Shown in pieces: positions 35,280 through 43,596 of a DNA stretch of 62,421 bases; position 1 is the stretch's first letter; each line of letters starts with the position of its first letter. Source of the stretch: an uncultured Gammaproteobacteria bacterium. GTDB taxonomy: Bacteria > Patescibacteriota > Patescibacteriia > UBA9570 > JBBTWU01. A program made the position numbers and the translations under genes. The notes beneath the pieces were generated by a model. The model saw only the letters and a list, made by a program, of their open reading frames with translations, had not been told where the DNA came from and made no database searches. The stretch covers positions 72,941 to 135,361 of the forward strand of contig CAYIMB010000001.1 of the NCBI GenBank assembly GCA_964364425.1. Reading direction: 5' to 3'.

Positions 35280-36329
35280 TTATCGTTGTGGATCATGCGT
35301 TGACCCCACAAATAAATCTTTCAGGTTATCAATATCTTCTAACACCAAACCGGTGCCGCGTACCACGGCTGTTAGCGGATCATCCACAATATGGGCTGGA
35401 ATGCCAACGTCCCTGGAAATACGTTTATCCAAACCGCGCAATAAGGCTCCACCGCCTGATAAATACATTCCGCGTTCATAAATATCCGCCACCAATTCCG
35501 GTGGGGTATGTTCAATCACGGTTTTGATGTTGTCTACCATGGTATTGACGGTTTTAGCCATGGCCTCACGCATGTGGTTTGAATTCAAAATCATTTCTTT
35601 AGGCAACCCATTGGTCAAATCACGTCCTCGCACCCGGGCTTCCAGCAACTCATCATCATCACAAGCTGAACCAATCTTCATCTTTGCTTCTTCTGCCGTA
35701 CGTTCACCTAACAAAATATTGAAATGATCACGGACGTAGGCAATGATATTTCGGTTGAGTTCATCACCGGCTATACGTAAAGACTTTGAAGACACCACCC
35801 CACCCAGGGCAATAATGGCAATCTCCGTGGTTCCTCCGCCTATATCCACAATCATATTTCCTGTGGAGTCTTGGATGGACAAGCGGGACCCTATGGCCGC
35901 CGCCATGGGTTCTTCAATCAAATACACCTTCCGCGCTCCTGCATGGTAAGCGGCATCTTCCACCGCTTTCCGTTCCACCTCAGTCACGCCGAGCGGAATG
36001 GCAATCACCACACGTGGACGAGGGAGAATAGTAAATGTTTCACGGTGGACTTTTTCAATAAAAAACTTGAGCATTTTTTCTGCCACCTCAAAATCTGAGA
36101 CCACGCCGTCAGCTAATGGCTTAGCTGCCGTAATATGCGGCGGGGTCTTGCCCAACATTCGCTTAGCCTCCTCTCCTACGGCCAGAATTTGGTTGGTTTT
36201 GTCATTAATGGCCACCACGGACGGCTCATTAATCACAATTCCCTTTTCCCGGACATACACCAAGGTATTGGCCGTTCCCAGGTCAATCCCAATATCTTTA
36301 GAGAATTTACCTAAAATATAGTTCAACAT
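35280..36329 (-). CDS. mreB: rod shape-determining protein MreB (copy 1, in the mreBCD-pbp2 operon)
   Basis: 349 aa with DIGIDLGTANTLVYV, DIGGGTTEIAI and YLSGGGALLRGLD actin-fold motifs. Confidence 0.96.
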   Translation of the reverse strand: MLNYILGKFSKDIGIDLGTANTLVYVREKGIVINEPSVVAINDKTNQILAVGEEAKRMLGKTPPHITAAKPLADGVVSDFEVAEKMLKFFIEKVHRETFTILPRPRVVIAIPLGVTEVERKAVEDAAYHAGARKVYLIEEPMAAAIGSRLSIQDSTGNMIVDIGGGTTEIAIIALGGVVSSKSLRIAGDELNRNIIAYVRDHFNILLGERTAEEAKMKIGSACDDDELLEARVRGRDLTNGLPKEMILNSNHMREAMAKTVNTMVDNIKTVIEHTPPELVADIYERGMYLSGGGALLRGLDKRISRDVGIPAHIVDDPLTAVVRGTGLVLEDIDNLKDLFVGSTHDPQR

Positions 36330-36337
36330 GAGGTTCT

Positions 36338-36367
36338 ACTCTACCCAAATAGACCTGGCTTTGTCAA
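36338..36367 (-). promoter_or_regulatory. promoter for mreB (candidate leaderless)
   Basis: Minus strand reads TTGACA-18 nt-TAGAGT-8 nt-ATG 36329. No SD. Confidence 0.45.
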
Positions 36368-36426
36368 CCACAGTTTATGTTCAGTTCGATTTCCTTTTTT
36401 TTGCTAACTTTAGCCAAAAAGTCAGA

Positions 36427-37860
36427 CTAATAGGCACGGGCGAACAAGACTTGGTACTGAGCCGGTTTGGAGCAACGCAGGCAGAGGCGTTCAGAGGCCT
36501 TAGGCTGATCAAATGGGACCACCCTGGCCGTAGCCTTGGTTTCCTCTTTGATGGCCGCTTCGCAGTCAGCCTGACCGCAATGGAAGGCTTTGAAGAATCC
36601 GGCTGCTTGTTCAGCTAGTTGTTTGAATTCTTCATACGTTTTTGGTTCGTAGGTATGTTCAGCTACAAACTGGGTATGCCGTTGCAATAGGTTTTGCTGA
36701 ACACTTTGGACCAATTCAGCTAACTTCCCATGGAGTTCATTCAAGGGAATGGTAGTTTTTTCAGATGTATCTCTTCTGACCACCACTGCCTGTTTCTGAG
36801 CTACATCCTTTGGCCCAATCTCAATTCTAATTGGTGCACCTTTCAGCTCCCAGTCGTTAAATTTGAAACCAGGGGTGACTGTCTCACGCCAATCGACGTA
36901 GATTCTGCGGTTCTCCAATTCCCAGTGTTGAGACAATTCGGTAATCACACCGGCGAGTAGCGTACGTTCTTCCGGAGTTTTCCAAATTGGTACCACCACA
37001 AACTCATACGGGGCTATCCGTGGAGGGAGAATCAGTCCCTTATCATCCCCATGTGCCATAATCAATCCGCCAATCAGGCGCGTGGATACTCCCCAGCTGG
37101 TGGTGATTACATTTTTTTTCTGTCCGGTTTCATCTAAGAATGAAACGCCAAATTCCTTGGCAAAATGTTCACCAATTAAGTGAGAGGTTCCCATCTGCAG
37201 AGCTTTACCGTCACGCATGAGTCCTTCTATACAGGTGGTGTATTCCGCCCCGGCAAATGTTTCTGATTTAGTTTTGCGTCCGGCAATGACTTTGATGGCA
37301 AATACGTCCTCAACTAGATGTTGGTACATGAGCAAAGCGCGTTCCACTTCCTGTTCCGCTTCAGGTCTGTTAGCATGCGCGGTATGTCCTTCTTGCCATA
37401 AAAACTCCGTGGTACGTAAGAACAAGCGTGTACGCATTTCCCAGCGGACCACGTTAGCCCATTGATTAATCAGCAATGGTAAGTCGCGGTATGATTGGAT
37501 CCAGCGGGAGAAAGCATCGTAGATAATGGTTTCTGAGGTTGGCCGAATAATTAGTGGTTCCTCTAGTTTTTTTCCTCCGCCATGAGTGACCACAGCCACT
37601 TCAGGTGCAAATCCTTCAATATGATTCTTTTCTTTATTCAGGAGAGATTCTGGAATGAACATAGGAAAGTACATGTTCTGTACCCCCGCTTTTTTTATAT
37701 CCTTATCTAGCAACAGTTGAATCCTTTCCCAAATGGCATAGCCATATGGTTTGATGATCATGGTCCCCCGGGCTGGTCCGTAGTCAGCCAGGTCAGCCTC
37801 CAAGACGACTTGATTGTACCAGTCAGGAAAATTTTCGTTTTGCTTAGGTAGTTTTTTCAT
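36427..37860 (-). CDS. proS: prolyl-tRNA synthetase (archaeal/eukaryote-like type with a C-terminal Zn domain)
   Basis: 477 aa with FPDWYNQVVLEADLADYGPARGTMIIKPYGYAIWE. No bacterial INS editing insertion. C-terminal cysteines (CGQADC...CLRC). Confidence 0.95.
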   Translation of the reverse strand: MKKLPKQNENFPDWYNQVVLEADLADYGPARGTMIIKPYGYAIWERIQLLLDKDIKKAGVQNMYFPMFIPESLLNKEKNHIEGFAPEVAVVTHGGGKKLEEPLIIRPTSETIIYDAFSRWIQSYRDLPLLINQWANVVRWEMRTRLFLRTTEFLWQEGHTAHANRPEAEQEVERALLMYQHLVEDVFAIKVIAGRKTKSETFAGAEYTTCIEGLMRDGKALQMGTSHLIGEHFAKEFGVSFLDETGQKKNVITTSWGVSTRLIGGLIMAHGDDKGLILPPRIAPYEFVVVPIWKTPEERTLLAGVITELSQHWELENRRIYVDWRETVTPGFKFNDWELKGAPIRIEIGPKDVAQKQAVVVRRDTSEKTTIPLNELHGKLAELVQSVQQNLLQRHTQFVAEHTYEPKTYEEFKQLAEQAAGFFKAFHCGQADCEAAIKEETKATARVVPFDQPKASERLCLRCSKPAQYQVLFARAY

Positions 37861-37865
37861 ATGGA

Positions 37866-38945
37866 TTATGGGACCAAATGAATCACATCCCGTAATGTAA
37901 TTAATGCGGCCAACAAAAGCAAACAGGCAAAGCCAATACCATGAACAATAGCCCCTGTTTTATGATTTACCGGTTTTCCTTGGACCCGTTCTATGAGTAA
38001 GAACAACAGGCGTCCGCCATCCAACGCTGGGAGGGGTAGAAGGTTAAAAATAGCTAAGTTGGCTGAAAGCAATGCCGCAAAATACAACACATAGACTACT
38101 CCCAATTGGACGGCTTGGCCGGAGATGACGGCAATACCGACCGGACCAACTACGCCTTCACTGACTTGCCCGTCAACAAAAATACCTTTCACTAGGGCAG
38201 CTAGTCCAACAAATATCAGACCAAGAAGTTTCAAGCTTTCTCTTAACCCAAGCCACAAGGAAACCCAAGTTGGGTATTTGACCGCCAGGCCTACTCCTAT
38301 ACCATGGACTTCCTCAATCTGTATGACTGGAACGCTGAGAGTGACGGTTTGAGTATGACGCAGAACGGTGATTTGCGTTGACTCCACATTGGCAGAAATG
38401 GCTGATTGCGCAGCGCGTATGGAGGAAACGTTTTTCCCGTCTATGGATAGAATTTGATCTCCGGGTTGAATCCCGGCGGTTTCAGCTGGGCTTCCTTCCA
38501 GAACCAGGTTGATGCTGACTGTTCCATCTGCCACGGATGTTTCAAGTGCTTGACCGTTTACGCTTTCAGAAAAGCCTAACGCATATACGCCGGTGAGTAA
38601 TACCCAACTGAACAGCATGTTCATGAGAATGCCGGCAAATAAGATCAAAAACCGCTTGGTGTAGGATTGGTTGGCAAAACTATCTGTAGCTGTCTGGTGA
38701 ACTTCAATTGAATGGTCATCCCCCGCAATACCTTTAATCTTTACAAAACCTCCCAAAGGAATCCAGTTTACCGAAATCAAAGTTTTTTTGCCTTTTTTGG
38801 CAAACAGGCGGGGAGGAAACCCAAAACCAAACTCTTCTACGGCCACCCCCGCCCAGCGGGCAGCAAAAAAGTGTCCTAACTCATGGACCAATACTAAAAT
38901 ACCCACGACCACTATAAATGATATGATCGCAATAAAAATACTCAT
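37866..38945 (-). CDS. rseP: RIP metalloprotease RseP (site-2 protease, M50)
   Basis: 359 aa with HELGHFFAA, a PDZ segment (GSPAETAGIQPGDQILSIDG) and NLLPLPALDGG. Confidence 0.9.
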   Translation of the reverse strand: MSIFIAIISFIVVVGILVLVHELGHFFAARWAGVAVEEFGFGFPPRLFAKKGKKTLISVNWIPLGGFVKIKGIAGDDHSIEVHQTATDSFANQSYTKRFLILFAGILMNMLFSWVLLTGVYALGFSESVNGQALETSVADGTVSINLVLEGSPAETAGIQPGDQILSIDGKNVSSIRAAQSAISANVESTQITVLRHTQTVTLSVPVIQIEEVHGIGVGLAVKYPTWVSLWLGLRESLKLLGLIFVGLAALVKGIFVDGQVSEGVVGPVGIAVISGQAVQLGVVYVLYFAALLSANLAIFNLLPLPALDGGRLLFLLIERVQGKPVNHKTGAIVHGIGFACLLLLAALITLRDVIHLVP

Positions 38946-39484
38946 CAGATTGTTAGCATTTCTTTTTCTTTGTCTTCGCCCATGGATTCTATGTGTTGGT
39001 TAGTTTCATCAACTAGGTCCTGTAAGTCTTTCTCCAGTCGGAAAAAATCATCTTCCGACATCTCGCCGGCGGTTTTTTTTATTTTCCACTCTTTGAGAAT
39101 AGTCTCCCTCATTTGCCGTAATTTCACTTTTGCTTCTTCTAATCTTCCATGCATAATTTTTACCAACTCCTTTCTTTTTTCTTCGGTCAGCGCCGGAAAA
39201 GGAACACGAATAATGACCCCGTCAACGACTGGGTTTAAGCCTAAGTCTGATTGGCGGATTGCTTTTTCTACGTCTTTGATAGTTTGGGCATCCCAAGGTT
39301 GGACGACCAGCAAGCGAGGCTCTGGAGCGGTAATAGAAGCCAACTGCTGCAAAGGCATGTTTGATCCATACGCCTCAACCTGGATATCTTCCAGTAAAGC
39401 TGGAATGGCCCGGCCAGTTCTGAGACTGGATAAGTCCTTCTGGAGTGAAGAGGCCACTCCTGCAAAGTGTGTTTTGTCTATCAT
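38945..39484 (-). CDS. frr: ribosome recycling factor
   Basis: 179 aa with LRTGRAIPALLEDIQVEAYGS...ITAPEPRLLVVQPWD...GLNP..DG..IRVP.P.LTEE.R. Confidence 0.95.
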   Translation of the reverse strand: MIDKTHFAGVASSLQKDLSSLRTGRAIPALLEDIQVEAYGSNMPLQQLASITAPEPRLLVVQPWDAQTIKDVEKAIRQSDLGLNPVVDGVIIRVPFPALTEEKRKELVKIMHGRLEEAKVKLRQMRETILKEWKIKKTAGEMSEDDFFRLEKDLQDLVDETNQHIESMGEDKEKEMLTI

Positions 39485-40575
39485 TTAGGTCCAAATAATC
39501 CACCTTCTTCCTCTACTGCGCGTGTTCCAGCGTAGAGCAAGGTAGAGTCTTGTTGATCAACACTAAAGAATACAATGTCACGTGTGCTGGGGAAGGCTTC
39601 ATTTACGGTCCAGGTGGCTCCGCGGTCATAGGAAACGTGAATAAAATGACCTACCCCCAACCATAACGTATTGGAGTCGGATGGATCAACCAGAAAGGCG
39701 GTCATAGTATCAGCATCTCGACCAACCAAGGTATTCACTAAGGTCCAGTTGTCACCGTTGTCATCCGACCGAATGAGTCCTATGTTTTCTGCTATCAGGT
39801 AGATTGTACTTGGGTTTTTGGTATCCATAATCAGACGTAATGGTCTGCCAGCTCCCGCCACTTGGAGAATATGATCATGGTTGTAGAGTTTTTCCCAAGT
39901 GACTCCATTGTCGCTAGAGCGCCATAAGTCCTTTTCCCGTTCCAAGGCGTACATAATGTTGGGCGAAGTTGGGTTAAGCAGGACGCGTAGGATGGGTTGT
40001 CTGGGTTCAGCTAAAATGACTGACCAGTTTACTCCCCCGTCAGTTGAGCGGATAATTTTCCCATGTTCCAGCCCGGCAAATAAGATATTTGGAGATTGTC
40101 GGTTGAGATCCATAAACACCATCACTTTACCTGAAGTTTCAGTGTAAATAGTTTCCCAAGTTGTTCCCGCATCAATTGACTTAAGTATTTGGTTATCTCT
40201 CAACACATATAGAGTGGTCGGAGTTAAGGGATCAAATACTATACCGCGGACCTTGCCGGTGTTGATTTGGGTGACCTGCCCCCACTGATCTCCCCCATTG
40301 CCGCTAAAAAACATTCCATCAGCTTCTGTTCCTATGAATATATTCGCCGGATTAGATGGATCTTGACTCAGTATGGTGGTATTTAGATCACTGATGGTCA
40401 GTGTTTTCCGTCCTTGTTGACTGACAAAGACTTTTTGTTCCCAAGTTTGTCCTCGGTCAACAGATTTAAATATGCCACCGTCACTCACGGAAGCGCCACC
40501 GCAAATTTGCCCCAGTCCTATAACGGCTGCGGTCATGACTCCAAATATAGCTAAACGTGAATGTTTCATACGCAT
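39481..40575 (-). CDS. exported BNR/Asp-box repeat beta-propeller protein
   Basis: 364 aa with a signal-like N-terminus and seven Asp-box-like repeats: SVDRGQTW, GNGGDQW, SIDAGTTW, STDGGVNW, SSDNGVTW, SDDNGDNW, SYDRGATW. Confidence 0.75.
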   Translation of the reverse strand: MRMKHSRLAIFGVMTAAVIGLGQICGGASVSDGGIFKSVDRGQTWEQKVFVSQQGRKTLTISDLNTTILSQDPSNPANIFIGTEADGMFFSGNGGDQWGQVTQINTGKVRGIVFDPLTPTTLYVLRDNQILKSIDAGTTWETIYTETSGKVMVFMDLNRQSPNILFAGLEHGKIIRSTDGGVNWSVILAEPRQPILRVLLNPTSPNIMYALEREKDLWRSSDNGVTWEKLYNHDHILQVAGAGRPLRLIMDTKNPSTIYLIAENIGLIRSDDNGDNWTLVNTLVGRDADTMTAFLVDPSDSNTLWLGVGHFIHVSYDRGATWTVNEAFPSTRDIVFFSVDQQDSTLLYAGTRAVEEEGGLFGPK

Positions 40576-41387
40576 GTGATCAAAATATCTAAGGTTGATT
40601 TTAAGGACACGTGTTGCTGGAGCTGTTGTGGAAGCTGTTCACACATGTTCGTCAAACGGCGTAAGTGCTGTTTTTTTACAGTAGACTGCGTTGTTCTGTG
40701 TTCCTGCAGAAATATATTCTGCCATTCTGTAGCTTGTTCGGTCAAGAGACGGTGGATCTGGGATTGGGGTAAGTCAACAGCTGATTTGTGGATCCGTTCG
40801 GTTAAGGAAAATCGTTCGGGTGACCGAGATAAAATGGCTTGAGGTAACGCTTGTAAGTAGGATTCCAAGGGACTGGCCGACTTATTGGGGGTAGCGTGGC
40901 GTTTGGGTGGTAAGTGGAATATCACGGAACGCGAACGTACCGTGGGGAGTAGACGTTGGATGTCAGAGGTGAATAAGATCAAGTAGCGGTCTTGTTTGTA
41001 ATCTTCGATTGGTTTAAGCAAGGCGTTGGCTGCTTCTGTAGATAAACTTTCTGCTTGGGGAATAAACAGGATTTTTTTCTGACTGAGGAAGGGAGATTGG
41101 TATAAATGTTGAATAGCGTTTTTTACCTGTTCTAAGGAAAGGATTGTCTCATCTTCAGCTCGCTCTAGGTAACGAATGTCTGGGTGAGTGTGTAGGTTCA
41201 ACGGGCAGGACGGACAGAGTGTCTCAGCCTGGTGTTGGCATAGCAGCTGATGCATAAGGAGCAAAGCCAGTTCAGGTCTACTGAGTCTTTGAGAGAGTAC
41301 AAAAATGCTTGATTGTGGCCATTTCCCCCGTTGAATAAGGGTTTGACAGGTATGTAGTTGTGCTGGGTAGTCCGCAAAGCCATTCAT
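40566..41387 (-). CDS. holB: DNA polymerase III delta' subunit-like (clamp-loader) protein
   Basis: AANALLKPIEDYKQDRYLILFT and LLPTVRSRSVIF (sensor region) fit delta'. ATG 41387 forms an ATGA overlap with the upstream GT4 stop; the track opens at GTG 41405. Confidence 0.65.
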   Translation of the reverse strand: MNGFADYPAQLHTCQTLIQRGKWPQSSIFVLSQRLSRPELALLLMHQLLCQHQAETLCPSCPLNLHTHPDIRYLERAEDETILSLEQVKNAIQHLYQSPFLSQKKILFIPQAESLSTEAANALLKPIEDYKQDRYLILFTSDIQRLLPTVRSRSVIFHLPPKRHATPNKSASPLESYLQALPQAILSRSPERFSLTERIHKSAVDLPQSQIHRLLTEQATEWQNIFLQEHRTTQSTVKKQHLRRLTNMCEQLPQQLQQHVSLKSTLDILITCV

Positions 41388-42559
41388 GGGCGTATGGTAG
41401 CACACTGGCGAATGACCTCATATGTTTGGCTGGCCATACGTTCGAGTGAAAATAATTTCAGGCGAGTCTCGCCTTTTTGGATCAAGCTGGTACGGAAGTG
41501 TTGATCTGAAATGACTTTATGTATAGCCCGTGCGCAGTCTTGCGCAGAATCAAGCTGAAAATATTCAACCGCGTCACCTCCCACCTCAGTCAGGGCAGGA
41601 ATATTCGAGGCTATTATGGGCGTATGCGCTCTCCAAGCCTCCAACAGGGGCAGGCCAAAACCTTCATACCGAGACGGGAGAATCATGACCGTAGCAGTCT
41701 TGCGCCAAGCTTGCACCTCAGTCTCTGCCAGGTAACCGGTAAACTTTACGGAACTTTCTAAGTGCAGTTGTGTGACTTGGCGTTTGATCTGATCAGCGCC
41801 TAACCCATCTTTGCCTATGAAAACAACTTTTGGTCGTTGCTCAACTGGTAGAGTGTTCAATGCCTCCAGCACAACACCTAGATTTTTTTTCAGTTCAATC
41901 CGTCCAACGTACAAGATGACTGGTGTAGCGGGCGGTTCTATTTGGATGTGTGTGGTGCGGTATTCATCCGGCAAGGCATGCCAAATCACCTGAATTCTGC
42001 TGGGGTCCAGGTGGTAAGCGCCCACCATTTCTTGTTTAGAAAAATTTGAGATGGTGATAATACGGCAGGCGTGTTTGACCCCAAAGCGCATGGCCCAACG
42101 GTGGTAGTCCAGCTCACTGGTGCCGTAACGGCCAAAGGTAATGAGTCGTACCACAAAGCCCAGTACAGCACCCAAAAAGGATTTTTTTCCAATCTGAGTT
42201 GAGCCGTAGAGTTGTTGCTCTTTTTCAAATCCAATATCATGGGCCACTAGGACCGTTTTGGGATGGATGAATGGAATGGTGTGCGCTGGGACAAACAACA
42301 CATCTGGTTTGCGCCACGCCATTTCCCAAGATAAACGTACTTGGGTCCATAACAATCCGGGCTTCCAGCTCAACACTTTGGATGACCAATTTGGCGGAAG
42401 CTGGGCCCAATCCTCCTGCAAAGGTTCCTTGGAATACAAAACAACCGTATCTGAACTGGGGATAATCGATTTTAATTTGTTCATCAGGTGAAAGCTGTAC
42501 CACTCGGTGCCGGTACGGTGTAGGTCATTGCCGCGTGAGGCATCTATTCCAATCACCAT
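41384..42559 (-). CDS. family-4 (GT-B) glycosyltransferase
   Basis: 391 aa with MVIGIDASRG... and the EX7E region YEGFGLPLLEAWRAHTPIIASN. Confidence 0.85.
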   Translation of the reverse strand: MVIGIDASRGNDLHRTGTEWYSFHLMNKLKSIIPSSDTVVLYSKEPLQEDWAQLPPNWSSKVLSWKPGLLWTQVRLSWEMAWRKPDVLFVPAHTIPFIHPKTVLVAHDIGFEKEQQLYGSTQIGKKSFLGAVLGFVVRLITFGRYGTSELDYHRWAMRFGVKHACRIITISNFSKQEMVGAYHLDPSRIQVIWHALPDEYRTTHIQIEPPATPVILYVGRIELKKNLGVVLEALNTLPVEQRPKVVFIGKDGLGADQIKRQVTQLHLESSVKFTGYLAETEVQAWRKTATVMILPSRYEGFGLPLLEAWRAHTPIIASNIPALTEVGGDAVEYFQLDSAQDCARAIHKVISDQHFRTSLIQKGETRLKLFSLERMASQTYEVIRQCATIRP

Positions 42560-42563
42560 GGTC

Positions 42564-43571
42564 TTATTTCATGGCCAAAATGGAACGCTTGTATGATTCC
42601 AAGTTGTCTAAGGCAATGCCCGTTCCGCGGGCCACGTTGAGCAGACAGTCATCAGCCACATAGGCGGTGACGCCAGTTGCGCGCGCGAGCAATTCATCTA
42701 AGTTGCGTAACATGCCTGAGCCGCCGCTAATCACCATTCCTTTATCTATCACGTCTGCCGCGAGTTCTGGCGGAGTGTTTTGCAAGACTGATTTCACGGC
42801 TTCAACAATACCGTTCAGTTCTTCTTGCACGGCCTCTGTTACGTCGTCGCTGGTCACCACAATAGTTTTAGGTAAACCAGTGATCACGTCACGGCCGCGT
42901 ACGTCCATAGCAATGGGATCTTTGAGCGGAAGTGCTGATCCAATTTTAATTTTCAGTTCCTCAGATGTGCGGTCACCAATGGCCAGGTTGTACTTTTTTC
43001 GTACATATTCAGCAATGGCGTAGTCTAACTTGGTTCCCCCAATCCGAACAGACGCCCAAGCGACAATCCCACCTAATGAGATGACGGCAATTTCAGACGT
43101 TCCTCCGCCAATTTCAATAATCATGTGTCCAGAGGCGGAGCCAATGGGAATTCCGGCTCCAATGGCTGAAGCTACCGGTTGCTTAATGATATAAGCTGCT
43201 TTGGCCCCGGCCTGGATGGTGGCATCTATAACCGCCCGCCGTTCCGTAGAGGTAATTCCAGCTGGAACGGCAATCATCACTTCTGGTTGGAAAATACGCA
43301 CGCCGCCTAAGGCTTTGTTGATGAAATAGCGTAACATGCTTTCTGTAGTCCGGTAGTCCGCAATCACTCCATCTTTGAGTGGTTTACTGGCAATGATGGA
43401 ATCAGGCGTGCGGCCAATCATTTCTTTAGCCTCACTGCCCACAGCCAGCACTTTTTTATCATGAATAGAAATGGCCACCACAGAAGGTTCGTTGATGGTA
43501 ATCCCCTTTTTTGGCACATACACCAAGGTATTGGCTGTGCCTAAATCAATTCCGATTTTCTTCACAAACAT
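42564..43571 (-). CDS. MreB-family actin homolog (copy 2, divergent paralog)
   Basis: ATG 43571 gives MFVKKIGIDLGTANTLVYVPKKGITINEPSVVAI, then EIGGGTSEIAV and VISGGSGMLRNLD. About half the residues match copy 1 by eye. Confidence 0.93.
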   Translation of the reverse strand: MFVKKIGIDLGTANTLVYVPKKGITINEPSVVAISIHDKKVLAVGSEAKEMIGRTPDSIIASKPLKDGVIADYRTTESMLRYFINKALGGVRIFQPEVMIAVPAGITSTERRAVIDATIQAGAKAAYIIKQPVASAIGAGIPIGSASGHMIIEIGGGTSEIAVISLGGIVAWASVRIGGTKLDYAIAEYVRKKYNLAIGDRTSEELKIKIGSALPLKDPIAMDVRGRDVITGLPKTIVVTSDDVTEAVQEELNGIVEAVKSVLQNTPPELAADVIDKGMVISGGSGMLRNLDELLARATGVTAYVADDCLLNVARGTGIALDNLESYKRSILAMK

Positions 43572-43596
43572 AGGTAATGTAGAACAGCGGACGTGA

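Noticed and set aside
36330-36426. Intergenic regions screened for tRNA, small RNA or CRISPR (also 12482-12552, 26240-26366, 27016-27215 and 60484-60754)
   Set aside because: I could not fold a cloverleaf or find T-loop (GTTCRANNC) plus acceptor pairing. No spaced direct-repeat array is present. These regions are explained by promoters, terminators and the motifs reported above.
38970-39488. 172-aa plus-strand ORF covering almost the whole frr gene in antisense
   Set aside because: It is Ser/Cys/Phe-rich and low in complexity, has no motifs, and lies exactly antisense to a strongly conserved gene. This is a typical shadow ORF.
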